From: Malacoraja senta
Taxonomy: Eukaryota
Assembly (NCBI GenBank): GCA_038087875.1
Contig: CM075991.1
Coordinates: 7,132,001-7,196,000, forward strand
Direction of reading: 5' to 3'
Length of the DNA stretch: 64,000 nt
The stretch's first letter is position 1. Each line of letters starts with the position of its first letter. The notes beneath the pieces were generated by a model. That model had not been told where the DNA came from. It saw only the letters and a program-made list of their open reading frames with translations, and did no database searches. Of the stretch, positions 39,710-52,462 are shown piece after piece. Made by a program: the position numbers and the translations under genes.

Positions 39710-40794
39710 TTCAGAAAGAACTGCAGATGCTGGAAAAATCGAAGGTACACAAAAATGCTGGAGAAACTCAGCGGGTGAGGCAGCATCTATGGAGCGAAGG
39801 AATAGGCGATGTTTCGGGTCGAGACCCTTCTTCAGACTGATGTGGAGGTGGGGGGAGGACGGGGCGGGAAGAAGAAAGGAAGAGGTGGAGACAGTGGGCT
39901 GTGGGGGAGCTGGGAAGGGGAGGGGAAGGAGGGAGAAAGCAAGGACTACCTGAAATTGGAGAAGTCAATGTTCTTACCACTGGGGTGTAAACTACCCAAG
40001 CGAAATATGAGGTGCTGCTCCTCCAATTTGCAGTGGGACTCACTCTGGCCATGGAGGAGGCCCAGGACAGAAAGGTCGGATTTGGAATGGGAGGGGGAGT
40101 TGAAATGCTGAGCCACCGAGAGATGAGGTTGGTTAATGCGAACTGAGCGGAGGTGTTGGGCGAAGCGATCGCCAAGCCTACGCTTGGTCTCACCGATGTA
40201 GAGCAGCTGACACCTAGAGCAGCGGATGCAATAGATGAGGTTGGAGGAGGTGCAGCTGAACCTCTGCCTCACCTGGAAAGACTGCTTGGGTTCTTAGATG
40301 GAATCAAGGGGGGAGGTAAAGCGACAAGTATAGCATTTCCTGCGGTTGCAAGGGAAAGTACCAGGGGAGGGGATGGTTTGGGTGGGAAGGGACGAATTGA
40401 CCAGGGAGTTACGGAGGGAGCGGTCTCGGTGGAAAGCCGAAAGGGGAGTAGATAGGAAGATGTGGCCATTGGTGGGATCCCGTTGGAGGTGGCGAAAATG
40501 TCGGAGGATTATCCGTTGTATGTGATGGCTGGTAGGGTGGAAGGTGAGGACAAGGGGGACTCTGTCCTTGTTACGAGTGGGGGGGATGGGGAGTGAGAGC
40601 GGAGCTATGGGATATAGAGGAGACCCTGGTGAGAGCCTCATCTATAGTCGAAGAGGGGAACCTCCATTCCCTAAAGAATGAGGACATCTCCGATGCCCTG
40701 GTTTGGAACACCTCATCCTGGGTGCAGATGCGGCGTAGACGGAGGAATTGGGAGTAGAGGATGGAGTCCTTACAGGAAGCAGGGTGGGAAGACA
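39710..40794 (-). mobile_element. Penelope-like element (probably Neptune type), 5'-truncated: RT C-terminus, Cys linker, GIY-YIG, terminal repeat
   Basis: SSHPASCKDSILYSQFLRLRRIC; GTFPCNRRKCYTC; CTSSNLIYCIRCSRCQLLYIGETKRRLGDRFAQH; frameshifted. Degenerate TSD TTAAATATCTGCAAGGT (39693-39709) / TTAACTATCAGCAATGT (40795-40811). Confidence 0.9.
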
Positions 40795-41687
40795 TTAACT
40801 ATCAGCAATGTCTTTCAACTGAAATTGGGCTCACTGAACTCAACTGAAGATGATGGCATTGAAAATTTTTAAATGCAAACTGATTGTTTCAACTTACTTA
40901 TCGAATAATATGCAGAAATAAAGAACTGCAGATGTTGGTTTATACCATTACGCAGATGATATAAAATTGGAAAATCTGGCACAGAAATTTATCCTCAATG
41001 CAATATGATATGGCAGTGTGTTGTACACATCCAAATTTTGCATTCAATGAAGACATGAAGATCGATTACAACATAGCCGCTACTATTTACAGATATTAAT
41101 AATCGCGCCAAAAGAAATATTAAATGTGACCATATTTATTCATCTAACCTTGAACACAAACTGTGAATACCAATGGAAAATAGCATTCTGCTCAATCAGT
41201 GAGCAACAGAAAGGACATTGATTCGAGAAATTAATCTTCCTTGAACTAAGACAAGGTTCAGAGCTGGCTGCAAGTAAGGTAAAGTCTACACAGAGAATAT
41301 TAGATCAGAGACTGAGTCTCATCGTGTAAGTCACCAGCCAAGGCTACGTGGAAAGGTCATCTCTCAAAGAGAAAGATAATTAAATGGTGCCAGTCTTGGG
41401 TTATAAATGACTGGAGGTTCCGGGAAGAGGTGTATCAGTAACTAGTGCTGTCGGGTCTTGTTTAAGATTAAATAAAATGATTACCATTTGTGCACTGCAG
41501 AATATTTCCATTCAACCAATAACCCTTGTATAGTCATACACTGTATGCCTGCAGCAACACAGAGTAAGGCGGCACAGTGGCATAGCTGTTTGAACCACTG
41601 CCTCACAGAGCCAGAGACCTGGCTTCGATCCTGACCTCGGATGCTGTCTGTGCGGAGTTTGCATGTTCTACCTGTGACCACGTGTGA

Positions 41688-42590
41688 TTCCTCGAACGCA
41701 GCCCCCAGCGATGCATGTTGGCGTTGAACCGGCCGACCCCTGTACGGTGCCGGTTCAGGGCGACGCACTCTTTGCGGAGCAGGTCCAAGCCGGGTGGGGC
41801 TGTGGTGTTCGGTGCAACAGTGAATTACAGAGGTCGTGAAGTCTGTTCCCAGCTAGTTCTCCATGCTCCTCGTGTGTTGAAACCGGAGCCACACAGGGTC
41901 GCTGCGTGATGGGAGAAGGGGCGACGAGATGACAGGCGTTGAGGTCCTGGGCAAGGTGGTGCAAAGGATGTTTGGAATCCGATGGGGCCTTGCACACCAG
42001 CCTGTGGGTGAAGTACTCTCTGCGAAGCTTGGCGGGTGCAACACCTGCGAGCACCGGCAGAAGATCCGTCGGAGTGGGGCGTAGGCAGCCGGTGATGATC
42101 CGCAAGGTGTCGTTGAGGATGGTGCCTAGCTTGCTAGTATGAGCGCTGCTGCACCATGCTGGGGCGGTGTACTCAGCGGCGCTGTACACGCGTGCAAGAG
42201 CACTGGTTCGGAGATTAGATGTCCTGCCGTCCCATGATGATCCAGCCAAGCAACGCAGGGGGTTGTTCCGCGCCGAGACTTTAGCATGGAGAGCTTCCAG
42301 GTGTTGCTTGTAGGTCAGCTGCCGATCTAGTTTCACCACGAGGTATGTAGGAAATGGGTTATAGGGTAGGGGTGACCCATTGACGGTGACGGTTAACTGG
42401 CGTTGAGCTTCCTTGTTGTTCAGGTGAAAGCCGTTGTGGTGGTTTTTGCCACACTCAGTTTTAGTCTCCAGGTCCTAAGGTAGCCCGCGACAAGTTCCAT
42501 ATCCGCCGAGAGCACATCGTCCACGTTTGTCCAACTCCTGTCCGAATGCAGTCGGGCCAGGTCATCTGCGTCTCCATACTGGCTCATGTT
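41688..42590 (-). mobile_element. Vingi/Ingi-like LINE RT fragment next to an HE1 head (41568-41685)
   Basis: ADDLA, LDRQLTYKQH, KVSARNN..LAGSSW, VYSAAEY.APAW, TGVGRFNANMHRWGL; GC-rich and frameshifted. Confidence 0.75.
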
Positions 42591-43011
42591 GTCGACCTCC
42601 CCGTGGTGAGCCCTGTCAACTGACCTCAGTCAGGCGAGCGACAACAAGCAGAGGCAGCCGCAGAAATACAACTAAACTAAACTAAACTAAACACATTGTA
42701 GCCGAAGGAACAAAACAAATGAATAATTGGACTAGAATATAGACCAACATAATATTGACATCATTTTGAATTCCACCATAATGGTTGACAGCGTTTAAAT
42801 TCAATAAATCAGGAATGGATAACTGGAGTTGGTGACTTTATCTTGCACTAATGTTATTCCCTTTATCCTGTATCTGTATAGTGTGGGTGGCTTGATTGTA
42901 ATCATGTGTGGACTTTCTGCTGACTAGATGACAGACAACAAAAAAGCTCTTCACCTTTACCTCAACTAAACTAAACCCATCTGGTTTGTCAATGTCCTTC
43001 AGTGACCCTGG

Positions 43012-43310
43012 TTTGTTTAGTTTAGCCATACTGCGCGAACGCAGGCCCTTCGGCCCATCACGTCTGCGCCGGCCAGCGTTCCCTGTATACTAGCACTATC
43101 CTACACACGAGGAACAATTTACAATCTTTGCCAAAGCCAATTAAGCTGCAAACCTGTACGTCATTAGAGTGTGGGAGAAAACCGGAGCACCCAGGGAAAA
43201 CCTACTTGGACAAGGGGAGAACATATGAACTCTGTACAGACAGCACCCGTGGTCAGGATCTAACCCAGGTCTCTGGCGCTGTGAGGCTGCAACTCCACCG
43301 CTGTGCCGCT
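43012..43310 (-). mobile_element. HE1-like SINE
   Basis: Matches the other copies. Confidence 0.82.
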
Positions 43311-43383
43311 GGGTCTTCATTAATTAATTTCTAACTGCAGGCCACACAATTCAGGGGATGCACAATAAATATTGACCTTATTA

Positions 43384-43750
43384 GTGTAGGAAAGAACTGC
43401 AGATGCTGGTTTAAATCGAAGATAGACACAAAGTGCTGGAGTGACTCAGCGGGACTGGCAGCATCTCTGGAGAGAAGGGATAGGTGATGCTTTGGGTCAA
43501 GACCCTTCTTCAGACTGTCTCCAGTGATGCTGCCTGTCCCGCTGAGGCATTCCACCATTTTGTGTCTATCTTCAGTCTAAACCAGCATCTGCAGTTCCTT
43601 CCTACACTATCTCCAGGCATCTTCATCTCTGGATCATTTCAGTTATTTTTTGTCTGAAGAAGGGCCTCCGACCCGAAACGTCACCTATTCCTCCTCTTCA
43701 GAGATTCCGCATCTCCCGCTGAGTTACTCCAGCATTTTGTGTCTATCTTC
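43384..43750. repeat. Three-arm Penelope terminal-repeat insertion with TSD and captured sequence
   Basis: GACCTTATTAGTG at 43374-43386 and 43751-43763. Confidence 0.85.
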
Positions 43751-44646
43751 GACCTTATTAGTGATGTTCACATCACATGGACAAATAAAAAAAGTATTTC
43801 TGGCTAGTTTGCTGAAAGTTCTGCTTATTCCATACTGTTGAATATCAGAGAGCTGCAAATGCTTGTATGTTGTGAATTTAAATCAAGCAACTGTGAGCAA
43901 TTTTCTATCTTATGAACTCTGGCCCACTTCTCTTTTCAAAAGAAGAAAGACTCACTCGTTCAATCTTTATTGAGATCTCTCAGTCCTTGTACATGTTTGT
44001 GATTTTATCTCATCCTCTCTAGTGTCTTTAAATCTTTTTTAAAGACTTTAGAAAACTAATCAGTATAAGCCACTCAAATGTCCTTGTATTTTTTAATTAT
44101 AAATTTAACATACTTGTTCATTTCTGATGTGCAGTGTTCTTCACAATCGAACCCATCAAACAGTGGGAAATAAAGCTCATCTGTTCTTTACTGCTTTGTG
44201 TTGCTGATCAGTGATAGTTTTTCTACTCTCGTTCTCCTTTGACAAACAGTGTCTCCTTCATTCTGAAGCATGGTAATGCACTTATCTGCACAAGAAGCGT
44301 GGCCTCTGAAGTGAGCCAAAACTCAAGGTACTTGAGGAACAGCGGGTCAGGCAGCGTGTGTGGAGGGAATGGACAGGCAACGTTTTGGGTCGGGACCTTT
44401 CTTCAGACTCTGTGAGATATTAGCAATGTACATGAAAGAGGGAGAGTAGGTAATGGTTGTTGGGGGAAAAGGGAAAAACTGTGTAGTGGAGAAAGGGGTT
44501 CAGGGAGAGAAGGAGACTATCTTAGACATGCGAATTGGTAGATTTTGATGTGAACAGAACTGGGTCTGGAAGATTGGGGCTTGGGAAATGGGAAGGTTAA
44601 AACTAGGTACAAGATTGAGGTACACTTTGCTCAGGTCAATCAGTAA

Positions 44647-44956
44647 AGGCCCTGTCCCACTTTCCCGAGTTACTCACCAATTCTCCCGAGTTTTCCCCTT
44701 GATTCAAACTCGGAGAATTACGGTAATAGCCAGCCGTGGGTACTCGGGGCTATTTTTTTTACTCGTGGACATTTTTGCAACATGCTGAAAAAACCTCCCG
44801 ACTTACCGGATGCCCCGAGTACCTACGGCTGGCATTACGAGCCGCTATGAAATATCTACTGACTCCTACGGACTCACTATGGACATTCTCTGAGTTTGAA
44901 TATAGGGGGAAACTCGTGAGAATTCGTGAGTAACTCGGGAACGTGGGACAGGGCCT
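44647..44956. mobile_element. PIF/Harbinger-like MITE, 310 bp, same subfamily as 29398
   Basis: TIR AGGCCCTGTCCCAC; TAA on both sides. Confidence 0.88.
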
Positions 44957-46312
44957 TAACATGTTAGCATTTGTTCTTGAGAGCATTTGATAAACATCGG
45001 GCAAAGTCGTGCATGCAAGCTGTGTACTAAGTCTGGCTTCATCAGTCAATGCACCCATTGATTTCTCCAATTTCAAGTAGCTGTTGCATTCCCTCTCTCT
45101 CTGTCCTGCCCCCACCCTAGTGGTCCTGGTAGTTTCAATGTTCGTATCCCTTCGTCATCACCTTCTCCACAGCCAACAAGGGACCATTGTGGGCTCCTTG
45201 ACAGGTCTGAATTGTTCTGTACCTTTTCATACCTCTAGTTTCCCTCTCCCCTGACTCTCAGTCTGAAGAGATGTCACCTATCCCTTTTCTCCAGAGATGC
45301 TGCCCGACCCGCTGAGTTACTCCAACATTTTGTGTCTGTCTTGACTGAACACATGATTCTGTCACGTACATGCTCAGTGGACTGTGGATCCTACTTGAAA
45401 GAGCAGCTTTACACAGGAGCTGAGTCAAATCAAAATGCCAGGTGCAGTTGAGTCCTGTTTAAGGTTGCATCACTGCAGATCGCTGTTAACCAAAGGGTAA
45501 AAATGCAGAAGCATTTGAAGGGGATGGTAGCATGATGGACAGGGGCTCCTTTCAACACTGAGCAATAGAAAACTCGACAGTTGTGCAGAGAGCCAGAAAC
45601 GCAACAATAGAACAGTTACTTAAGACGCAATTAAAAAAAATCTTTCAGCACTTCACCATAGATTGTACTTTTCAAACGACTAGTCATAGATTCAGTGGCA
45701 TGCCCTCTGGTCACTGTCATGCTGCCACTTTGAAAAGGCTGCCGTCTTTATTTGGAAGGATGAGAGAATGGAACCAGCATGTGGATGAATAATGAATCTG
45801 GTGGGGTATTCACTGGGAGAGAAGCTGTGTCATGTCCTTTTAATACAGTTCCACAGACATCTGCAATCAACGTGAGCGTTAATGTGATTGTGCCTTCGAC
45901 AATAATGGAAAGCGCAGTCAATTTCTCTCTGCAGGCCGTTTGTTTGCTGCTATCAAAGGTGAGGGTCACCGATGCTGAGGAACAGATTTGGTTTTCTTTC
46001 TGTACTGTGCGTTCCCAGGTCAGCAAAGGCACGATTCAGTGGCAGAGCAAAGCTCTTCCTGCACGCTTCAAACCTCCAGCTTTTCAATTGGGATCATAAA
46101 TGCCTTTTGAATGTTGTCTGAACAGAGTAGGCTTGGTTGCGAGCATAATAAAACTGCCGCATTTCATTACAGTTATGTTTTTTGTGCTTTATTTCCCTGC
46201 CATGTGGCAATGAAATGGACACAGGCCCTTCGGCCCACTGAGTGCATGCTAGTCACTGATTGCCTATTTGCACTAATCCACTTTAATCTCCCCACATTCC
46301 CATTAGTTCCTT

Positions 46313-46845
46313 ACGCATTTGGAATATTGTGAGCAATTTTGGGCACCATAGCTGAGGAAGGATGTGCTGGCTCTGGAGAGGGTCCAGAGGAGGCTTACAA
46401 GAATGATCCCAGGAATTTAATAGGTTAACCTATGATGAGCATTAGTCGGCACCGGGCCTGAACTCGCTGGAGTTTAGAAGAATGAGGGGGGACCTCATTG
46501 AAACATACAGAATAGTGAAAGGCTTGGATAGAGTGGATGTGGAAACGATAGAGGTCATAGCCTCATAATAAAAATACGTTCTTTTACGAAGGAGATGAGG
46601 AGGAATTTCTTTAGTCAGAGGGTGGTGAATCTGTGGAATTCTTTGACACAGAAGACTGTGGAAGCAACGCCAGTGGATATATTTAAGATATAGTAGATAG
46701 ATTCTTGATTAGTACAGGTGTCAGAGGTTATGGGAAGAAGGCAGGAGAATGGGGTTAGGAGGGAGAGATAGATCAGCCATGATTGAATGGCGGAGTAGAC
46801 TTGATGGAACGAATGGTCTAATTCTACTTCCTTATGACTTTATGA
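46313..46845 (+). mobile_element. CR1 LINE 3' fragment
   Basis: Encodes LEYCEQFWAP..KDVLALERVQRR..GDLIETYRI, then the CR1 tail. Confidence 0.88.
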
Positions 46846-47639
46846 TTCTTCCGCTCATACCGTCAATTAATCTACTATCCCGCACATATTGGGGATATGG
46901 AGGGATACCAGAGCACTTGGAGAAACCCAACGAGAGAGACAACATATACTGAAAAATATGTATATCAGGTAGAATTAATGAACTGCAAATGGTAGTTTAC
47001 CACCGAAAGACACAAAATGCTGGAGTAACTCAGCGGGACAGGCAGCATCTCTGGATAGAAGGAATGGGTGATGTTTGGGAAGGGACTCTCCTTTGGACAA
47101 ATATATACAAACCTGCAAATTTATGAATAACAGTTTTTTAGAATCTGCCACGTTAAGTTGCTTCAGGAAGGATCAGCCTTGATGGATGAGTTTTAATATG
47201 GCATGTTTAAATATAATATGTTGCAGTGTATCTCATATACTTGCAGGCACAAACAGGCAGAATTGGTTCGTTTCACACTGTGTCATATACACTGTTGGTC
47301 TATTTTCATTGACATTTAGGCCAATCTGGATCCAGGAGTTTCTTCTGTGAAAGATATTAATTATTTCTCACTTCCAAAAAAATGATGTTCAAGTTGATGT
47401 GTGAGCATGGGCTGGACAATTAAACCTCTGTTTGATTGTTTGATAGAGTCAATATGTTTTGCCATTGCAATGAGGGGAATAATGCCTGGGCAACTTTTGG
47501 CACAAGTCATGTATGTATTGGACAGCCATGCATTGACATGAAATGCAGTCAAATGAAATTTGGTGCCATTCCCAATTTGGTGCTAGTCCCAGCAATTCTG
47601 GGCTATCGCTATCTGTTTCTCAGCTTAAAATGTTACATT

Positions 47640-47972
47640 TTAGTTTTAGTTTAGAGAAACAGCGTGGAAACGGACCGGTCGGCCCACCGAGTCCGCGCTG
47701 ATCAACGTTCAACAGTACACTTGGTCTATCCTTCACAGCAAGGGACAATTTACAGAGGCTGATTAACCTACAAACCTGCACATCTTTGAAATGTGGGAGG
47801 AAACCATAGCACCCGGAGATAGCCCACACAGTCACAGGGAGAATGTATAACCCACACAGTCACAGGGAGAATGTATAACCTCCATACAGACAGCACCGAA
47901 TCTGGACATAGTCAGGATCGAATCTGGGTCTCTGGAGCTGAAAGGCGGCAACTCTATCGCTACGACAATGTG
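47640..47972 (-). mobile_element. HE1-like SINE with a 28-bp internal tandem duplication
   Basis: CCCACACAGTCACAGGGAGAATGTATAA occurs twice at about 47823-47878. Confidence 0.82.
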
Positions 47973-48123
47973 CAATTGATTCTAATTGGCATTGTTCACC
48001 AAAAGGCCATTGACTGATGTTTAAGATGAAGAACATGTAATCTACAGACTGGGAATGCTGATTTATTAAAAGAGAAGCTCCAATTCACTTTTTTTTATCA
48101 AATTAATTTACATATTCATACAT

Positions 48124-48732
48124 ATGGGACCGCCGATGGGAACATCGTGGAGCCAGAACACCGGCTTTGGCGGCGGCGCAGACGTTTCCCTGGGGGGACC
48201 TGGCCAGAACACCGGCTTTGGCGGTGGCGCAGACGTTTCCCTGGGGGGACCTGGCCAGAACACCGGCTTTGGCGGCGGCGCAGAACATCGGCTTTGCCGG
48301 CGGTGCAGCGCTGGAGCGCTGTCGTGGAGCGGGCGATGCCTTTCCTGGGTCGCCGCGCTGGGACTCCAGCATGCTGGGACCGCCGATGGGAACATCGTGG
48401 AGCCGCGGTTCTGTGGAGCGGCCCAGCTGCGACGCTGAACGTTACATCTCGGAGCCTGGGCGAGAATATCGGGCGCCGTGGCGGGACTGTGGAGGCCTCA
48501 GTGGGCCCGACTCTGGGTGGACAAGAGGATGGGGACTGGACTTTGTGCCTTCCCCCACAGTGGGAACCATTGTGGGGGGATGTTTTTGTGTTGAATTTCT
48601 TTTTGAACACTATGTTGTATTTTTATTAGTGTGCTGCAAGGACATCTGAATTTCCCCTGAATAAGGGGATTAATAAAGTCTTATCTTAATCTTAATCTTA
48701 ATCTTAATCTTAATCTTAATCTTAATCTTAAT
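48124..48732 (+). mobile_element. Non-coding GC-rich retroelement with Rex1-type tail and 51-bp tandem repeats
   Basis: CCAGAACACCGGCTTTGGCGG units at 48153, 48204 and 48255; tail AATTTCCCC..GGGATTAATAAAG plus TTAATC repeats (about 48685-48732). Confidence 0.7.
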
Positions 48733-49044
48733 TTAGCCATGTTAAAAATTCTGTGCTGGGAGAAACTGCAGATGCAGGTTTAAACCGAAGACAGACACAA
48801 AAAGGGGCACTTCTGGTTGCAAATGAGCCTTGTACTAATAATGTAGTTCCCATGACATGCATGCATGACTTGATGTTATTCCACATGCAATGTGCGTTGG
48901 CCATAAAATCACATCATGCTGTTTCAACATTGTTGGTTCTGCTCATTAGCAACTATGCCTGTGTGATGATAGCATTGGAGTGCTGTCCGTTGGAAGAGCG
49001 ATCTGCCCAGCACTGAGAACACAATCATACAGCCTTGGGCAGCC

Positions 49045-49276
49045 AGAAAATGCTGGAGTAACTCAGCAGGTCAGGCAGCATCTCTGGAGAAATGGAATAG
49101 GTGACCTTTCGGGTTGAGACCCTTCTTCAGACTGAGAGTGGCTGAAGAAGGGTCTCAGTCTGAAGAAGGGTTTAGTCCCAAAACGTCACTTATTTATTTT
49201 TCCTGAACCGCTAAGTTAGTCCAGCATTTTGTGTCTCACTTCGATGTAAATCAGCATTTGCAGTTCCTTCCTACAT
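49045..49276. repeat. Inverted pair of Penelope terminal repeats
   Basis: GCCTTGGGC at 49032-49040 and 49280-49288. Confidence 0.85.
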
Positions 49277-49664
49277 AATGCCTTGGGCTTTGCTATCACT
49301 GGAATTTGCTGTGGGGCCAACAATGTAAAATCTTTTTTAATGCTTCCAAAGAGTTTTTTAGCCAAAGACAGGTGAACCAGTAAAATCAGACAGTATTTTG
49401 GGAATCAATTTTATTCCCAATGCATTAAATATTACATACATTTCAGAGAAATAACTATGTTGTTTTCTTAGGATAGCAGAAAATAGGATTATTTTAAAAC
49501 AAGTAACTTTAATCAGAGTGTCAAGTTTAATGGTACTTTATTTATCACAGGTACAGTGAAATTCACTTTTGTGTACAGTTCAGCATAGGTATTACTATAC
49601 ATAAGCACTTAGATACATCTTAGATAAGCATCCCAGATACAGTACAAGTGTATGGCAGCTATAG

Positions 49665-50085
49665 AGTCATAGTGTCATAGAGTGATACAGCATGGAAACA
49701 GGCCCATCGGCCCAACTTGCCCACACCGGCCAACATGTCCCAGTTACACTAGTCCCACCTGCCCGCGTTTGGCCCATATCTCTCCAAACCTGTCCTATCC
49801 ATGTACCTGTCTGACTGTTTATTAAACATTGGGATAGTCCCTGCCTCGACTACCTCCTCTGGCAGCTTGTTCCATACGCCCACCACCCTTTGTATGAAAA
49901 AATTACCCCTCAGATTCCTATTAAATATTTTCCCCTTCACCTTAAACCTATGTCCCCGGTCCTCGATTCACCAACACGGGGCAAGAGACTCTGCATCTAT
50001 TTCTCTCATGATTTTATACACCTCTATAAGATCACCCCTCATCTTCCTGCGCTCCACGGAATAGAGTCCCAGCCTACTCAACCAC
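49665..50085 (-). mobile_element. CR1 LINE 3' fragment with HE1-type tail
   Basis: FFIQRVVGVWNKLPEEVVEAGTI; tail GGGCCGATGGGCCTGTTTCCATGCTGTATC resembles the SINE tail. Confidence 0.85.
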
Positions 50086-50489
50086 TCAGATGTTCATCGC
50101 CTATAAGGAAGATGAATATAGACAAATGGAAAATGGTAAGACACAATTAAGAACTGGATTTCTTGTTGCAGTCAGTTCAATGGTTAATGTAATTTTCGTC
50201 TGAAATTCCCAGACTTTTGCACTGAATTTGTTTGGATTATACCCAGTGCAAACACTGCAGTGATGGATTAAAATATGCACTTGTCCTCTTCCCCACCACT
50301 GACATTTGTAATCTGGAGGAATGTTCATTTTTCACACAAACTGCTAACAACCTCTCGTATTGAGTGACAGTCTCTTTGTGCATTCACACCCTTCCACGTG
50401 CTTGACATATAATCCTGGATTTCATTCACTGCACAACAGTGTTGTCTTATTCTTCAATCACTAAACTCCTTTGGAATGAAAACAAGATG

Positions 50490-51210
50490 GGTTTCCTGCG
50501 GTTGCAAGGGAAAGTACCAGGGGAGGGGGTGGTTTGGGTGGGAAGGGACGAATTGAATCTATGTACGAAACTTTAAACTGGTTATCCCCCCACGCTCGAA
50601 GATACTACCACTGGTTCCAGTTCATCTTTAAATGCATCCATCTTAATTACCCCTCTTATTTAAAACAAGACCTATTACCATACACACCCTCATATTCACT
50701 AAGACACATTCAACAACCCTTCTTTTTCATTCCAAGAACTAACAAAGAAATTGGGAGACGTGCATTTAAGTATAAAGCTCCTTCTGACTGGAACACTCTG
50801 CCTAGTACCATAAGAACCATTAGTTCATTTCGTCTATTTAAAAATACACTTTTAACATTTCTCATAAAACCATGTACCTGTTTCTAGTATTAGAGTATTG
50901 CATAGCGACTAACATTATGCTGTAATACATAACTTTTGTTATTATTGGATTTAAGTTAATTAACAATTGTTATAAACTATAACAAGTGGGGATGGAGGGG
51001 TTTTGGGTTTGATGTGTGGGTAGGTGGGTCGATGAGAGCCTTTATGTATGTTATGTCTTGTGCTGTATGTTCTATGTTGGACCCCCTCGAAAATGAGATG
51101 ACTGTCCATCTCAAGGGGTTATCCATAAATAAACGTGTTGAATTGACCAGGGAGTTACGGAGGGAGCGGTCTTTGTGGAAAGCCGAAAAGGGAGGAGATG
51201 GGAAGATGTT
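50490..51210 (-). mobile_element. Internal Penelope-like fragment interrupted by an L2-like insertion
   Basis: 50490-50556 and 51140-51210 join to match 40337-40462. Confidence 0.85.
50557..51139 (+). mobile_element. L2/CR1-group LINE 3' fragment, AT-rich and apparently young
   Basis: Uninterrupted YETLNWLS..GRRAFKYKAPSDWNTLP..CTCF stop; 3' hairpin GAGATG/CATCTC; 7-bp TSD GAATTGA. Confidence 0.8.
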
Positions 51211-51404
51211 TCCTGCAGTTGCAACAGGAAATCGATTGAAAAAATTATGATCCTTTGCATAATATTCTGTGCTACAACCTGATAAATTATGTCAATGTGG
51301 AGGAAGCTCACCTGATATTCCGCTTGAGTACCTTGCAATTCAATGGTATGATCATTGAATTCTCCACTTTTAGGTAGCCTCTTGACTTGACATCTAATTC
51401 TCAG

Positions 51405-51870
51405 TGTGTCAGAAGGAACTGCAGATGCTGGTTTACATTGAAGATAGATACAAAATGTTGGAGTAACTCAGCGGGGACAGGCAGCATCTCTGGATAGAAG
51501 GAATGGGTGACATTTCAGGTCGAGACCCTTCTTCAGACTGACAGTCAGAGGAGAGGGAGACAAAGAGATAAAGAATGTAAGGTATGAAAATGAGACATCA
51601 GAGGGGACAAAGCTAAAGGAAAATGTAGAATAGATCTTTGTTAGCGAGGGGAAGGTGACAGTGAAGCATACAAAGATAAAAAATTAATCAAGGGGACAGT
51701 AAGACTGGTCGGAGAACTAGGATGGGGGAGGGATGGAGGGATGGAGAGAGAGGGAAAGCAAGGGTTACTGGAATTTAGAGAAGTCGATATTCATACCACT
51801 GGGTTGTAAGCAGTCCAAGTAAAATATAAGGTGCTGTTCCTCCAATTTGCATTGGGCCTCACTCTGACAG
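51405..51870 (-). mobile_element. Penelope-like 3' fragment (end of GIY-YIG, 3' UTR, terminal repeat)
   Basis: Similar to 39713-40045; flanked by TTCTCAG on both sides. Confidence 0.85.
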
Positions 51871-52462
51871 TTTCTCAGCCTTATGCCAGAGAGTGTTGGC
51901 ACAGCAACGACTGCTCGAACCATTTGTGTGGGATTCCCAACAGTGGGTTACAAAAAGTTTGTTCTCATTTAACTTTATTTTAGTTATTTATTAATATCAT
52001 GGTGCATAATTAATTAAATATACATTTGAATTGTTGATGTATAGTTTTAAATTATTTATCTCTCAGAACAGTTTCAAATTATCACTATCAGATGTAGTAC
52101 ATTTAAAAACAAATTTAAAATCCTTTGACAGCTTTCAAGGCAGTTCTGATGTCCACAGGATATGCCTGAGATGCAGTGGTCATTCACTGCCCACTTTGTT
52201 TGTTCTATGTACCTTTTTATTTCTTTCGGTTCTCTCTCTCCTGCCTCAGTCTGAAGAAAGGTCACTTAACCTTTTACTCCAGAGATGCTGCCTGACCCGT
52301 TGAGTTACTCCAGCTTTTTGTGTCTGTCTTCCGTGTAAACCAGCATCTGCAGTTTTGTCCCACCCATCATGTGCAGTGAGTCAACCTGTTGCTTCAACAC
52401 AAGTAGGATAGGCCTCAGTGTGGCGATCCCAATTCAAGAGCTGCCTTCAGGAAGTTCTGGAA

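Noticed and set aside
39946..40641. Selenocysteine recoding as in Naiad-type Penelope elements
   Set aside because: The conserved Cys positions I can read are ordinary Cys codons; disruptions look like decay.
48103..48649. Six overlapping ORFs and CRISPR-like periodicity
   Set aside because: GC-rich 51-bp tandem repeats with no unique spacers and few stops by composition; eukaryotic context.
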